NCBI GenBank assembly: GCA_026706845.1
Contig: JAPOXY010000024.1
Location: 4,468 to 68,467, forward strand
Length of the DNA: 64,000 nucleotides
Direction: 5' to 3'
DNA from: Gemmatimonadota bacterium
Lineage (GTDB): Bacteria > Latescibacterota > UBA2968
Positions within the stretch are counted from its first letter, which is position 1; each line of letters starts with the position of its first letter. Made by a program: the position numbers and the translations under genes. The notes beneath the pieces were generated by a model. The model saw nothing but the letters and a program-made list of their open reading frames with translations, made no database searches and was not told the DNA's origin. Of the stretch, positions 38,687 to 48,859 are shown piece after piece.

Positions 38687-39622
38687 TCATTTTACAACCC
38701 CCACTTTCTTATGCCAGACCTCCAGCCCCTGGTACGCTTCAAAAATCGCCTCAATCAAATACCGAATCGCCGCACTAAAATAGCGTCCTCGCCGCCACGC
38801 CACGCCGATCTCTCGGCTAAATGCCACCCCCTCCACATCCACCACCTTTAACGCCCCGGCACTCAGGGACTCCTGCACAGTTAGCAAAGGCAAAAAAGAA
38901 ATCCCAACACCGACCTCTACCAGCTTTCGCATCGCCTCCGGACTTCGCATCTCCATCACCCCGCCGGGGGACACGCCTGCTTCTGCAAAACGCTCATCCA
39001 CAATTTTGCGCGATATGGAATCCGTGTGAAACAGGATCAAAGGCTCTTGCACCACCTCTTGCAAAGTCGCTTTTTTTCGTGCAGCAAAAGGATGAGATGC
39101 CCCCACCACCAGCGGCATAGAATCCCGATAAATCGACACCGTCTCCACCCGCGGATGATCATAAGGCAGTGAAATAACCGCAAACTCAGAGCGATTCATC
39201 AGCAGGTCATCTACCAGATAGCGCGAGGGCGCCACCTGTGCAGACAGAGAAACATCGGGATAAGCACGCCTGTAATCCTTCAAAATATCCGGCAATAAAT
39301 ACGTCACAGCCGCATCAATTGCGCCAAACTGAAACCCCTCTCCCGGCAACACATCGCGCCGCTGCAAGTGGTCTTCTACCTCTTCGACCAGATCCTGAAT
39401 CTGCATCGCATAATTCACCAGCGTGCGCCCTTCCATTGTCAGCGCCACGCGCTTGCCACCCCGGTTAAAAAGCCTCACCCCCATTGTCTTTTCCAATTCC
39501 GCAATACCACTGCTCACCGTTGGCTGGGTCACATGCATCTCCCGTGCTGCCTGGCTAAAACTCCCGGTCTGTGCAACAGATAAAAAATAACGCAAATGAT
39601 AAAGATTCATATCTCGCTCCAA
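38687..39622 (-). CDS. LysR-family transcriptional regulator
   Basis: N-terminal HTH (LYHLRYFLSVAQTGSFSQAAREMHVTQPTVSSGIAELE) and a LysR substrate-binding domain. Confidence 0.92.
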   Translation of the reverse strand: MERDMNLYHLRYFLSVAQTGSFSQAAREMHVTQPTVSSGIAELEKTMGVRLFNRGGKRVALTMEGRTLVNYAMQIQDLVEEVEDHLQRRDVLPGEGFQFGAIDAAVTYLLPDILKDYRRAYPDVSLSAQVAPSRYLVDDLLMNRSEFAVISLPYDHPRVETVSIYRDSMPLVVGASHPFAARKKATLQEVVQEPLILFHTDSISRKIVDERFAEAGVSPGGVMEMRSPEAMRKLVEVGVGISFLPLLTVQESLSAGALKVVDVEGVAFSREIGVAWRRGRYFSAAIRYLIEAIFEAYQGLEVWHKKVGVVK

Positions 39623-39634
39623 TTGTAGAATGCA

Positions 39635-39653
39635 ATCTATAGATTTTATCTAT
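39635..39653. promoter_or_regulatory. LysR-type T-N11-A operator (ATAGA-N5-TCTAT) in the divergent intergenic region
   Basis: Inverted repeat ATAGATTTTATCTAT (39639-39653) overlapping a perfect palindrome ATCTATAGAT (39635-39644). It lies between the lysR start and the inositol-3-phosphate synthase gene. Confidence 0.45.
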
Positions 39654-39750
39654 AAGTAATATAGCAATTATTGATTTGTCTAATAAGAAAAAATCACTGA
39701 CATTTGTCCGACAATATTTTATGAACTCTTTTCACGCAAGGAGAAGACTC

Positions 39751-40836
39751 ATGTCCTCCAAAGTCCGAGTCGCCATCATCGGTGCAGGCAACTGTGCATC
39801 CTCCCTCGTACAGGGCATCGAATACTACAAAAACGCTTCTGAAGATGATTTCATCCCCGGATTGATGCACCCCAACCTGGGTGGCTATCACATCCGCGAC
39901 ATTGAATTTTCCGCAGCCTTTGACGTCAATGCGGAAAAAGTGGGCAAAGACTTGAGCGAAGCCATCTTTGCACATCCCAACAACACCATAAAATTTGCCG
40001 ATGTCCCCCACCTCGACGTTCCCGTTTACCGCGGCATGACCCACGATGGACTGGGCAAATACCTCGATCAAGTCATCACAAAAGCCGAAGGCGACACCGT
40101 TGACATTGCCGAAACCCTCAAAGCCACGCGCACAGACGTCGTCGTCAATTACCTGCCCGTGGGCAGCGAACAGGCCACCAAGTGGTATGTGGAACAAGTC
40201 CTCCAGGCCGGATGTGCCTTCGTCAACTGCATGCCCGTCTTTATCGCCAGTGCCGGACACTGGCCCGAGCGCTTTGAAAAACGCGGCCTGCCCCTCATCG
40301 GCGACGACATCAAATCACAGGTCGGTGCCACCATCACCCACCGCGTGCTCACCCGCCTGTTCCGCGAACGCGGCGTCAAACTCACCAAAACGTATCAGCT
40401 CAATTTTGGCGGCAACACCGACTTTTACAACATGCTCGAGCGCGAACGCCTGGAATCCAAAAAAATCTCCAAAACACAGGCCGTCACCTCTCAACTCGAC
40501 TACGACCTGGGCGAAGACAATATCCACGTTGGTCCCAGCGATCACATCCCCTGGTTGGAAGACCGCAAATGGTGTCATATCCGCATGGAAGGCGAAACCT
40601 TTGGCGGCGTGCCACTCAACCTGGAACTCAAACTCGAAGTCTGGGACTCACCGAACTCAGCAGGCGTGGTCATCGACGCAGTCAGACTCTGCAAACTCGC
40701 CCTCAACCACGGACTCAAAGGTCCCTTGATGGGACCATCGTCTTACCTCATGAAATCGCCCCCCAAACAATTTAGCGACGATCAAGCTCGCGAAATGACG
40801 AGTGACTTTATTCGCCAGTACGGCTTAAAAGAATAA
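39751..40836 (+). CDS. Inositol-3-phosphate synthase (myo-inositol-1-phosphate synthase family)
   Basis: [24 protein letters not shown]-terminus and [16 protein letters not shown] and SKKISK motifs. ATG at 39751 with an AAGGAG RBS. Confidence 0.88.
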   Translation: MSSKVRVAIIGAGNCASSLVQGIEYYKNASEDDFIPGLMHPNLGGYHIRDIEFSAAFDVNAEKVGKDLSEAIFAHPNNTIKFADVPHLDVPVYRGMTHDGLGKYLDQVITKAEGDTVDIAETLKATRTDVVVNYLPVGSEQATKWYVEQVLQAGCAFVNCMPVFIASAGHWPERFEKRGLPLIGDDIKSQVGATITHRVLTRLFRERGVKLTKTYQLNFGGNTDFYNMLERERLESKKISKTQAVTSQLDYDLGEDNIHVGPSDHIPWLEDRKWCHIRMEGETFGGVPLNLELKLEVWDSPNSAGVVIDAVRLCKLALNHGLKGPLMGPSSYLMKSPPKQFSDDQAREMTSDFIRQYGLKE

Positions 40837-40864
40837 CGCCAACACAGCGTTTATCTTATATTTA

Positions 40865-40902
40865 AGCGACCCTGGGCTTTGTGCCCCTGGTCGCTTTTTT
40901 AT
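40865..40902 (+). terminator. Rho-independent terminator after the inositol-3-phosphate synthase gene
   Basis: AGCGACC (40865-40871) pairs with GGTCGCT (40889-40895), with inner GGG/CCC pairs, followed by a T-run ending at 40900. Confidence 0.65.
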
Positions 40903-41030
40903 TCTAAAACATTGCAATAAAAACCGTTTGATTTCTATTTCTAAGGGACTAATTTACCCGGTACCTTTCCCGTAATCTCAGAGGGCCAAGAGGAAATCAC
41001 CCCTGAACCATTCAGAACACGAGAAAAATA

Positions 41031-41834
41031 ATGTACGCAAACCCACACCAAATAAGGCGTTTTGAAAATAAGATCGCCCTCATCACAGGCGGTGCTTCTG
41101 GCATTGGTCGGGCAACGGCAAATCGCCTATCGGACGAAGGCGCGCACGCAATCATCGCAGACCTGAATGCAGAGATGGGCAATCGCGCCGTATCTCAGAT
41201 CAAAGAAGCCGGTGGCAAAGCCACATTTTTACAAGTCGATTTGTCAGACGATACATCCGTCAGAAAAGCGGGTCGGATCGTCTCGGAAACATTCTCCACA
41301 CTTCACATACTCGTGAACAACGCCGCCATATTGAGACAAGGCAATATTGAAGACGGCGAATGGCGGCAAAACTGGGAACCTGAAACGAGAATTGTAAGAG
41401 GTTGGGTGCTGCTAACCGAAGTCCTCTTGCCCCTGTTAAAAAAACAGGGCGGCGCAATCGTCAACACCTCCTCGGAAGGGGGATTCCTCGGGCGCAAGAA
41501 CCTGCTGGTCTATGATGCGATCAAAGCAAGCCTGGTTTCGATGACCAAAACAATGGCCTATGAGTTCGTTGACTACGGCATTCGCGTCAATGCCATAGCA
41601 CCGGGCTGGATCGTCACAGAAATGCACTTTGGCAATGCTCCAGATCCGCAGGCGCGCAGAAAAGAACTGGAAGAAACACCGATCTCATCCTGCATCATGG
41701 GGCGGCGCGCACAACCCGAGGAAGTCGCCTCTGTCATCGCCTTCCTACTCAGCGAAGACGCCTCCTATATCACAGCCCAAACCATCCACGTTGACGGTGG
41801 ACGCATGGGCATAAACTTGCCGAAAAAAAAATAA
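41031..41834 (+). CDS. SDR-family oxidoreductase
   Basis: TGGASGIGRA cofactor motif, NNAA, and a catalytic YDAIK (YxxxK). Confidence 0.9.
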   Translation: MYANPHQIRRFENKIALITGGASGIGRATANRLSDEGAHAIIADLNAEMGNRAVSQIKEAGGKATFLQVDLSDDTSVRKAGRIVSETFSTLHILVNNAAILRQGNIEDGEWRQNWEPETRIVRGWVLLTEVLLPLLKKQGGAIVNTSSEGGFLGRKNLLVYDAIKASLVSMTKTMAYEFVDYGIRVNAIAPGWIVTEMHFGNAPDPQARRKELEETPISSCIMGRRAQPEEVASVIAFLLSEDASYITAQTIHVDGGRMGINLPKKK

Positions 41835-41917
41835 AAAATCGCAACTGCCGACGCCATCGTGCGATCTGCTCAGGAGCATAAAACCATCCTCGTCGATATA
41901 TAACAAAGGAGACCGTC

Positions 41918-42508
41918 ATGGACAAAGTTCTCATCATCGTAGGAGACGCCACAGAAACCGTCGATACCCTATACCCATTTCTCAGAATACAGGAAGACGG
42001 ATTTACCCCCGTTGTCGCGGGACCAGACAAGCGGCGCTATCAAATGGTACTCCACGAAATTTCCCCCGGCTGGGACATCACCGAAGAATGGAAAGGGTAT
42101 TCGATCAACGCCGACATCGCCTTTCGAGACGTTGACCCCTCCGAATACGTCGGCATCTTCTTCTCTGGTGGTCGCGCCCCCGAATACATTCGCGACGACC
42201 CCGATCTCATTCGTATCACGCGCTATTTCTTTGAACACAACAAACCCGTTGCCAGCGTCTGTCACGGCGTTGAAATCCCGTGTCGCGCAGGCGTAGTCAA
42301 AGGGCGACGCATGGCCTGCGTTTGGAAATGCCAATTTGACCTCGAAGTCTGCGGCGGCATCTTCGTCGATGAACCGTGCGTCATCGATGGCAATTTGGTC
42401 AGCGGTCGCGTGTGGAACGACCACGGACAGTACATGAAACACTGGATGAACCTGCTCATCGAAGAGCGCGAAAAAATGAAAACCCGCGAAACAGTCGCCG
42501 CCGATTAA
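41918..42508 (+). CDS. DJ-1/PfpI-family protein
   Basis: Nucleophile-elbow ASVCHG, a PfpI-like size and an FFSGGRAPE motif. Confidence 0.8.
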   Translation: MDKVLIIVGDATETVDTLYPFLRIQEDGFTPVVAGPDKRRYQMVLHEISPGWDITEEWKGYSINADIAFRDVDPSEYVGIFFSGGRAPEYIRDDPDLIRITRYFFEHNKPVASVCHGVEIPCRAGVVKGRRMACVWKCQFDLEVCGGIFVDEPCVIDGNLVSGRVWNDHGQYMKHWMNLLIEEREKMKTRETVAAD

Positions 42509-42519
42509 AGGACCCCAAC

Positions 42520-42960
42520 ATGATCATCTCAGACCTGCGCGAGATTGAAGGCCGACAATTTCCCGCACGCAGAAGAACACAGCCATTAGCAGGTGCTGGC
42601 ACCCCCATCCCCACAGAGGAATTCTCCATTGGATACGTCACCTTTGAACCCAACGGAGGGCAGGTACCCTGGCACAATCAGGCACAGGAAGAAATCTACT
42701 TCGTCATCGAAGGCGAAGGCGAAATGTGTCTTGGAACCGAAAGACAAACCCTGAAAGCCGGTCAGGCCGTGTACATTCCCCCGGGAGAATACCATCAACT
42801 CACCAACACGGGTGACGTACCCCTGAAAATGATCTACTGCTGTGCAGCAGGTTTTGTGGCACATCCGCAGCAGGAAATGACCGGCACCCTGCCAAAGGCA
42901 GGCATTGACGTCCCCCCCCTGCCCGATGGCGCACAACCGCAGCGCACAGCCCCCCCATAA
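42520..42960 (+). CDS. Cupin-domain protein
   Basis: Cupin motifs GGQVPWHNQAQEEIYFVIEGEG and GQAVYIPPGEYHQLTN. ATG at 42520, 9 nt after the upstream stop. Confidence 0.8.
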   Translation: MIISDLREIEGRQFPARRRTQPLAGAGTPIPTEEFSIGYVTFEPNGGQVPWHNQAQEEIYFVIEGEGEMCLGTERQTLKAGQAVYIPPGEYHQLTNTGDVPLKMIYCCAAGFVAHPQQEMTGTLPKAGIDVPPLPDGAQPQRTAPP

Positions 42961-42981
42961 ACGCGAACAAGGACGGACCAA

Positions 42982-44562
42982 ATGCCAACTCTACAAACAT
43001 CATCCCCACACCTGGGCCACTTGCAACCCCGTGGCACGCGCCGTCTCATCTACGTCAGCGACCCCTCAAACACCACCAGCCACCTCAGCGTCCCGGCGGC
43101 CAAACCCGAAGAACTGCGCCAGATCGTTCGCAATTACGCCTCCGCGGGCAGTATCGACACCCTCGTACAGGAAATCTTCGCCGAAGCAATGACCATGTTC
43201 TGGCGAACCGACAAATGCCCTTACGACATCCGGCATCAGCACCAGCGCCTGGTACCCATCATGGACACAGGTATCATGCCCGTCGAAGTCTATATCGACG
43301 AATGCCATAAACAGGGTATGGAATTTATCGCTGGCTTTCGAATGAACGACCGCCACGGCCACCACACGGAATTCTTCAAAAAACTCTGCGACGAAAAACC
43401 CGAATGGGTACTCAGAGAATACAAACCCTCCACCAGACGCGCACCGCCCGAAAACCGCAAATACGGGTGCTCCTTAAACTACGCCATACCCGAAGTACGC
43501 GCCTTTCTCCTCGCCATCATGGAAGAAGTCGCCAACCGCTTCGACATCGACGGCATGGAATTTAACTTCACCCGTCTCGCAGAATGTTTTCCCAGAGCTG
43601 AACTATCACACAGCCACAGCACCATGACCGGCTTTATCCGACAAGTCCGCAACATGCTGGACAACGCCCACTCCCCAACAGGCAGAGACCGAAACCTCAT
43701 CCTCGGCGTACGCGTACCCCAGCAAATGGCGGGCTGTAAAAAGCTGAGCTTAGACGTACCCACCTGGATCAAAGAGGGCCTGATCGACTATGTCGCACCT
43801 GGAGATTTCGGATTCACCGACTTCAACGAAAAATACGAAGACTTTGTATCAATAGCCCGGCAACACGACTGCTATGTCTATCCCCAGGTACAACCCAGAC
43901 TCAGTATCGATACAGAAATTCTCATGGACATGCCCCAATACCGCGCAGCATTGCAAAACTTCTATGCCGCAGGCGCCGACGGCTTCTCGACCCAAAATTA
44001 CTTCTTTCACTGGGGACCTCAGTTTGAACCCCCGGGAACTAATGGCGCAAAAATCCCCACAATGTATCCAGCGGCAATGAACGACCTCGTAGAATTAAAA
44101 GACCCGCAAAACATCGGCCCGGACCGACACTACACATTCCGTTCACTCTGGGCAAATAGCAAAAGTTTGGGCGAGGTCTATATCAAAGAAGAACTCGTCC
44201 TCTCCCGCCCAAAAATGGGACAACGAGACACCTTCAGATTTCGCCTGTGTGAACATCTCCCCTCAGAACCCATCCCTTCAGAAAACACCCTGACTTTCTT
44301 TGCACAGGGCTTGTCAAAAGAGGACGCCCTCACAGTTGACATCAACGGCACCAAAATCCCATCTCAAGATCTGAAATGGACTTGGCCCGATAACGACCAA
44401 TTCCCATCGTGTACAATCGCGCTATCAAACCCGCCATTTATTTATGGCGACAACCACCTGGGCCTGACCATCTCAAAATCTGCTGAGAACATCGAAGAGC
44501 ATATCGTCATAGATCACATAGAATGCGGGATACAATCCCATTCCCAGACGGGCAAACAATAG
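42982..44562 (+). CDS. Hypothetical protein, possibly a glycoside-hydrolase-like TIM barrel
   Basis: A 526-aa ORF with coding-like composition. Segments such as GMEFIAGFRMND, DIDGMEFNFTR and DYVAPGDFGF resemble GH-like (GHL10-type) barrels. The assignment is tentative. Confidence 0.4.
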   Translation: MPTLQTSSPHLGHLQPRGTRRLIYVSDPSNTTSHLSVPAAKPEELRQIVRNYASAGSIDTLVQEIFAEAMTMFWRTDKCPYDIRHQHQRLVPIMDTGIMPVEVYIDECHKQGMEFIAGFRMNDRHGHHTEFFKKLCDEKPEWVLREYKPSTRRAPPENRKYGCSLNYAIPEVRAFLLAIMEEVANRFDIDGMEFNFTRLAECFPRAELSHSHSTMTGFIRQVRNMLDNAHSPTGRDRNLILGVRVPQQMAGCKKLSLDVPTWIKEGLIDYVAPGDFGFTDFNEKYEDFVSIARQHDCYVYPQVQPRLSIDTEILMDMPQYRAALQNFYAAGADGFSTQNYFFHWGPQFEPPGTNGAKIPTMYPAAMNDLVELKDPQNIGPDRHYTFRSLWANSKSLGEVYIKEELVLSRPKMGQRDTFRFRLCEHLPSEPIPSENTLTFFAQGLSKEDALTVDINGTKIPSQDLKWTWPDNDQFPSCTIALSNPPFIYGDNHLGLTISKSAENIEEHIVIDHIECGIQSHSQTGKQ

Positions 44563-44714
44563 CCTGTGACCAATACAAAACGCAAAACACCCCGGTAGAA
44601 GTGTTTCTTTTTCTCCGCAAGAGATGTATCTTGACTTCAAGAAATTTTAATAATATCCTGAAGAAAGACCCATAGATCATGTAGTCATCTGCGCCACAAC
44701 AGAAAGGACAAGAC

Positions 44715-45134
44715 ATGGATACACAACCAGGCAGACAAGATCGGACTACATATCCGATACAAGACGATGTGCGATTGGAAGTCTATTGGCGAAATGACCG
44801 CGCCGGTTACGGTCCCGCAGCATCTGTATATGCTTATAACCAGGAAGTTTTGCGTCTGGATTGTTTTGGCGAGGCAAAAAAACACGGCGGGAAAGGCCAT
44901 TGCCACATCAACCTGAAACAGACCCGGGCAAGGCAATGGATGTACCCTCCCGGAACGGTTCGAGACCATATTGAGCACGCGATGCACGACCTGACACACA
45001 ATCTGCGTTTTTGTCTCTCGACAAATGTGGATGAAAGGATACAGCAAATCGAGATCGACCAGAAAACACTACAACCGATTGCCCAGGAGGTTGAAGCAAA
45101 AATGCTGGCATTTGCAGACAAACTCGACTTATAG
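44715..45134 (+). CDS. Hypothetical protein (139 aa)
   Basis: The ORF is preceded by AAAGGA and followed by a hairpin. No recognisable motif. Confidence 0.45.
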   Translation: MDTQPGRQDRTTYPIQDDVRLEVYWRNDRAGYGPAASVYAYNQEVLRLDCFGEAKKHGGKGHCHINLKQTRARQWMYPPGTVRDHIEHAMHDLTHNLRFCLSTNVDERIQQIEIDQKTLQPIAQEVEAKMLAFADKLDL

Positions 45135-45137
45135 GCG

Positions 45138-45175
45138 TTCCTTGCGGCTCTGAGAGGGGCTGCAAGGAATATTTG
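45138..45175 (+). terminator. Possible intrinsic terminator
   Basis: TTCCTTGC (45138-45145) pairs with GCAAGGAA (45162-45169), followed by TATTT. The T-tract is weak. Confidence 0.35.
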
Positions 45176-45228
45176 ATCGAATTCTCGAAACGCTATTGCA
45201 GAAACATCTCGAATAACCGGAGCGTACG

Positions 45229-46674
45229 ATGGGCACCCTGCACGGACATATTATCGACAGCGCGACAGGCGAACCAATCAACGCCAAAGTACACGTCCTG
45301 ACCGCCAACGGTCGTTTTTGCCACCCGCGCGACGCCATGCTCAAACGCGGACCCGGCACACCCTTCTTCTTCTGCGATGGCGAATTTGAAGTTCAAGCCT
45401 CGCGCGGGCGCACCGACATATTGGTCGAACGCGGCACGGAATACGAACCCATCCGCACCGTGGTCGAAATGCCAGAAAACGGCGTCAAAGACGTCGAAAT
45501 CACCCTCAACCGCTGGTATATCCCGCAGGAAAACAACTGGTATCCGGGCAACACACACATCCACTACGACGAAAAAGAAACCCGCCCCGACGACCGACTC
45601 GCCATTGACTGCAGCGTGGAAGGCTACAACGTCACCGTCGTAAGCGTCCTCGACAGAAGACAACTTCCCTACGCCAGCAACAAATATCCCATCGGCGTGA
45701 TGAACGAATTTACCACCGCACATCACGTACTCGACATCGGCGAAGAAAACCGCCACTACGGCGAAAACTCACCCTGGGGGTTTGGATATGGGCACGTCAT
45801 GTTCCTCAACATCCGCAACCTCATCCAACCCGTCAGCCGCGGCCACATCCTAACCGCGCAATTCGACCCCGACTATCCCCCCCTGTGCTTTTGTTGCGAC
45901 GAAGCCCGCGATCAGGGCGGCATCGTGATATGGTGTCACAATGGTCGCGGCATGGAAGCCCCCATAGCCGCGGCATTGGGAAAATTAGACGCCTTCAACC
46001 TATTCGACCCCTTCTGGATGGACCCCGAATACGACCTGTGGTACAAACTGCTCAATTGCGGCATCGCCTTGCCCGCCTCCACCGGCACCGACTGGTTCGT
46101 CTGCTCCAACAACCGCGTCTATGTCAACACCAGAGGCGCGTTCTCCTACGAAAACTGGATAACCGGTATGAAATCGGGCAACACCTTTATCACCAATGGT
46201 CCCGCCATTGATCTAAACGTAAACGATCACCCCATGGGCGCCACGGTCGAATTGCCCTCTGGCGGCTCGCTCGACATAGAATCCACATTCACGTCCTATT
46301 ACCCCATTCACTGCGCCGAAATTGCGATGAACGGTCGCATCATCCACAGAGAAAACTTTCCCGAAGGCAAACGCGAGGGCGCCATTCGCCATCGGGTAAA
46401 TATCGACCGCGACGGCTGGGTCGCTGCCCGGCTCTGGGGCAACCAGCGCGACAGCTTTGACCAATCGATCTACGCGCACAGCAGCCCGGTTTATTTTTCC
46501 TGCGGCCGTCCACCTGCCGAGCGCAACGAATCCGCGCAGTATTTTCTCAACGGCATCGAAGACGCGCTCAAATGGATCGAAACCTATGGCCGCTACAACA
46601 CCGACCAGCAACGCGAAGAAGTCAAAGACCTCTTCCGCCAGGGACGGGAAGCGTATGCGAGTCTGATAAATTGA
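45229..46674 (+). CDS. CehA/McbA-like PHP-family metallohydrolase with a carboxypeptidase-regulatory-like N-terminal domain
   Basis: N-terminal GHIIDSATGEPINAKVHV beta-sandwich-like segment and a GNTHIHYDE metal-binding motif. Confidence 0.6.
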   Translation: MGTLHGHIIDSATGEPINAKVHVLTANGRFCHPRDAMLKRGPGTPFFFCDGEFEVQASRGRTDILVERGTEYEPIRTVVEMPENGVKDVEITLNRWYIPQENNWYPGNTHIHYDEKETRPDDRLAIDCSVEGYNVTVVSVLDRRQLPYASNKYPIGVMNEFTTAHHVLDIGEENRHYGENSPWGFGYGHVMFLNIRNLIQPVSRGHILTAQFDPDYPPLCFCCDEARDQGGIVIWCHNGRGMEAPIAAALGKLDAFNLFDPFWMDPEYDLWYKLLNCGIALPASTGTDWFVCSNNRVYVNTRGAFSYENWITGMKSGNTFITNGPAIDLNVNDHPMGATVELPSGGSLDIESTFTSYYPIHCAEIAMNGRIIHRENFPEGKREGAIRHRVNIDRDGWVAARLWGNQRDSFDQSIYAHSSPVYFSCGRPPAERNESAQYFLNGIEDALKWIETYGRYNTDQQREEVKDLFRQGREAYASLIN

Positions 46675-46701
46675 AAACCCCGAACAAGAAACCACAACAC
46701 C

Positions 46702-47502
46702 ATGACCGAAGATGAAAAATATCTCTTTGACCTCAATGGGTATCTCGTCGTTAAAAACGTCTTGACCGAAGGCGAACTGGCCCTGGCGAACGAAGCGGTT
46801 GACCGCCACCTCGAAAAGGGGCGTATTCGCCCGAGAGAACAGCGTCTTGACGGCGACTCACCAGCCCTTGAAGGCACGCATGGACGCGGCGAATTGGGCA
46901 GCCTCATCCACTGGGACGAACCCTGGTGCAATCCCTTTCGCGACATGCTGGCGCACCCCCTCATAGTGCCCTACCTCAACGAAATACTCGGCAAAGGCTT
47001 TCGCATCGATCACCAGATGTTCCTGCTCTGGATGGATAAAGGAGCCGAAGGCCATCGCTTCCACGGCTCCTCTGGACCTGGATTTGACCCCAACCAGTAT
47101 TATATATTTAAAGATGGCAAAATGCACAACGGCCTCACCGTCGTCTCTATCCAGCTCACCGATGTCAACGCAGGCGATGGCGGCCTCTCCCTCATCCCGG
47201 GATCACACAAAAGCAATTATCCCTGTCCACAAGAAATGCGGCTGTATCAAAAACACCAGGAACACATCCGCCAGATCACCTGTAAGGCAGGCGACGCAAT
47301 CATCTTCACCGAAGCCGTCACACACGGCACCCTGCCCTGGAAAGCGGACCATCCGCGGCGGTCAACGCTCACCCGCTACACCGCCGGCAACATGGCTTAT
47401 GTACGTGCCTATGACATACCCGAATGGGCAAACGAACGGCAACGTGCGGTCATGGAACCACCCTATCACACGCGGCTAAATCGCCCAACACTCGAAGAAT
47501 GA
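46702..47502 (+). CDS. Phytanoyl-CoA dioxygenase (PhyH)-family Fe(II)/2-oxoglutarate oxygenase
   Basis: YLFDLNGYLVVKNVL N-terminus, a candidate His-x-Asp facial-triad segment (IDHQM) and the distal FTEAVTHGTLPW. Confidence 0.75.
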   Translation: MTEDEKYLFDLNGYLVVKNVLTEGELALANEAVDRHLEKGRIRPREQRLDGDSPALEGTHGRGELGSLIHWDEPWCNPFRDMLAHPLIVPYLNEILGKGFRIDHQMFLLWMDKGAEGHRFHGSSGPGFDPNQYYIFKDGKMHNGLTVVSIQLTDVNAGDGGLSLIPGSHKSNYPCPQEMRLYQKHQEHIRQITCKAGDAIIFTEAVTHGTLPWKADHPRRSTLTRYTAGNMAYVRAYDIPEWANERQRAVMEPPYHTRLNRPTLEE

Positions 47503-47536
47503 TCAGACCTGGCATCAGCGAAAGAGCACATCCCGT

Positions 47537-48859
47537 ATGAAACCAATCACGAGAAGAGCACTCATCCGTTCCGGCCTTGCCTGTTGCGCAATCGCTCCAT
47601 GGTTGAAAACTCTGATAGCGGGCGCCAACACCGGCCAGCTTGAACCACAAACAAGGAGGCACACCATGACACGGACATCATCTGGCGTGACCGACACCGA
47701 GATCGTACTCGGCGTGTCCGCCGCGTTCTCCGGTCCATCCCGGGGTTTGGGCATCGAACTGTATCGCGGTGCCAGTGCGTATTTCACACACATCAATCAG
47801 CAAGGGGGTATCGCGGGACGCAAAATAGTTCTCAAAACGTACGACGACGGTTATCAACCTGATCCCTCCGTCAAAAACACCCTGAAATTGATGCTCGAAG
47901 ACGAGGTATTTTTGCTCTTCGGTTACGTCGGAACGCCCACCGTAACCCGCGTGCTCCCCATGCTCAAAAAATTCCAGGACAGAAACATCTTCTTGTTCTT
48001 TCCATTCACCGGCGCGCAACCCCAGCGAGAACCGCCTTATGGCGACTTTGCCTTTAATCTGCGCGCCTCCTACCGCCAGGAAACCGCTGGTCTCGTGGAT
48101 AATTTTGTCCGCATCAACCGAAAACGCATTGCCGTATTCTATCAAGCCGATGCTTATGGTCGCAGTGGATGGGCGGGCGTAAGAAGTGCCCTGAAGAGGC
48201 ACGGAGAACAAATCGTGGGGGAAGCGACGTACCGCCGCGGGGAAAAATTCACCGGCAGCATGCGAAAACAGGTCGAAATACTAAAAGCATCAGACCCAGA
48301 AGCGGTGATCTGCATCGGAGCCTATGCGGCTTGTGCGGCCTTTGCGCGCGACGCCGTTAACCTCGGCCTGCGCGTTCCAATTGCCAACCTGTCCTTTGTC
48401 GGAAGTGAAAACCTCTTGAAACTCCTCACCGAGGGACAGGACAACAGCGACTCATACACGCAACTGCTCGTAAACTCTCAAGTCGTACCCAGTTACGAAG
48501 AAACATCCACGCCAGCCGTCCAGGAATATCGTGAAATGATGCAACAATACGCTCCCCACCCCCCCGAAGAACTGGTGAAAGAAGACTACACACCCTTCGC
48601 TCAGAGCTTTGTCAGCCTCGAGGGATTTCTCAACGCCAAATTAATGGTTGAAATTCTGCGCCGCCTCAGCGACAACCCGCAGCGAAACCAGCTCGAAGAC
48701 GCGGTCTTCAGCATTCAGGATTTCGATCTGGGCATCGGCGAACAGGTCTCTTTTGGCCCAGACCGACGGCAGGGCCTACAGCGAGTCTATTACACAGTTG
48801 TCGAAAACGGCCGTTTTGTCACACTGGATAACTGGGAAGACAGGTTTGGCATAAAATGA
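47537..48859 (+). CDS. Tat-exported periplasmic solute-binding protein (type 1 PBP, LivK-like)
   Basis: Twin-arginine signal (ITRRALIRSGLACCA) and the type 1 PBP pattern (IVLGVSAAFSGPSRGLG, GYVGTP). Confidence 0.8.
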   Translation: MKPITRRALIRSGLACCAIAPWLKTLIAGANTGQLEPQTRRHTMTRTSSGVTDTEIVLGVSAAFSGPSRGLGIELYRGASAYFTHINQQGGIAGRKIVLKTYDDGYQPDPSVKNTLKLMLEDEVFLLFGYVGTPTVTRVLPMLKKFQDRNIFLFFPFTGAQPQREPPYGDFAFNLRASYRQETAGLVDNFVRINRKRIAVFYQADAYGRSGWAGVRSALKRHGEQIVGEATYRRGEKFTGSMRKQVEILKASDPEAVICIGAYAACAAFARDAVNLGLRVPIANLSFVGSENLLKLLTEGQDNSDSYTQLLVNSQVVPSYEETSTPAVQEYREMMQQYAPHPPEELVKEDYTPFAQSFVSLEGFLNAKLMVEILRRLSDNPQRNQLEDAVFSIQDFDLGIGEQVSFGPDRRQGLQRVYYTVVENGRFVTLDNWEDRFGIK

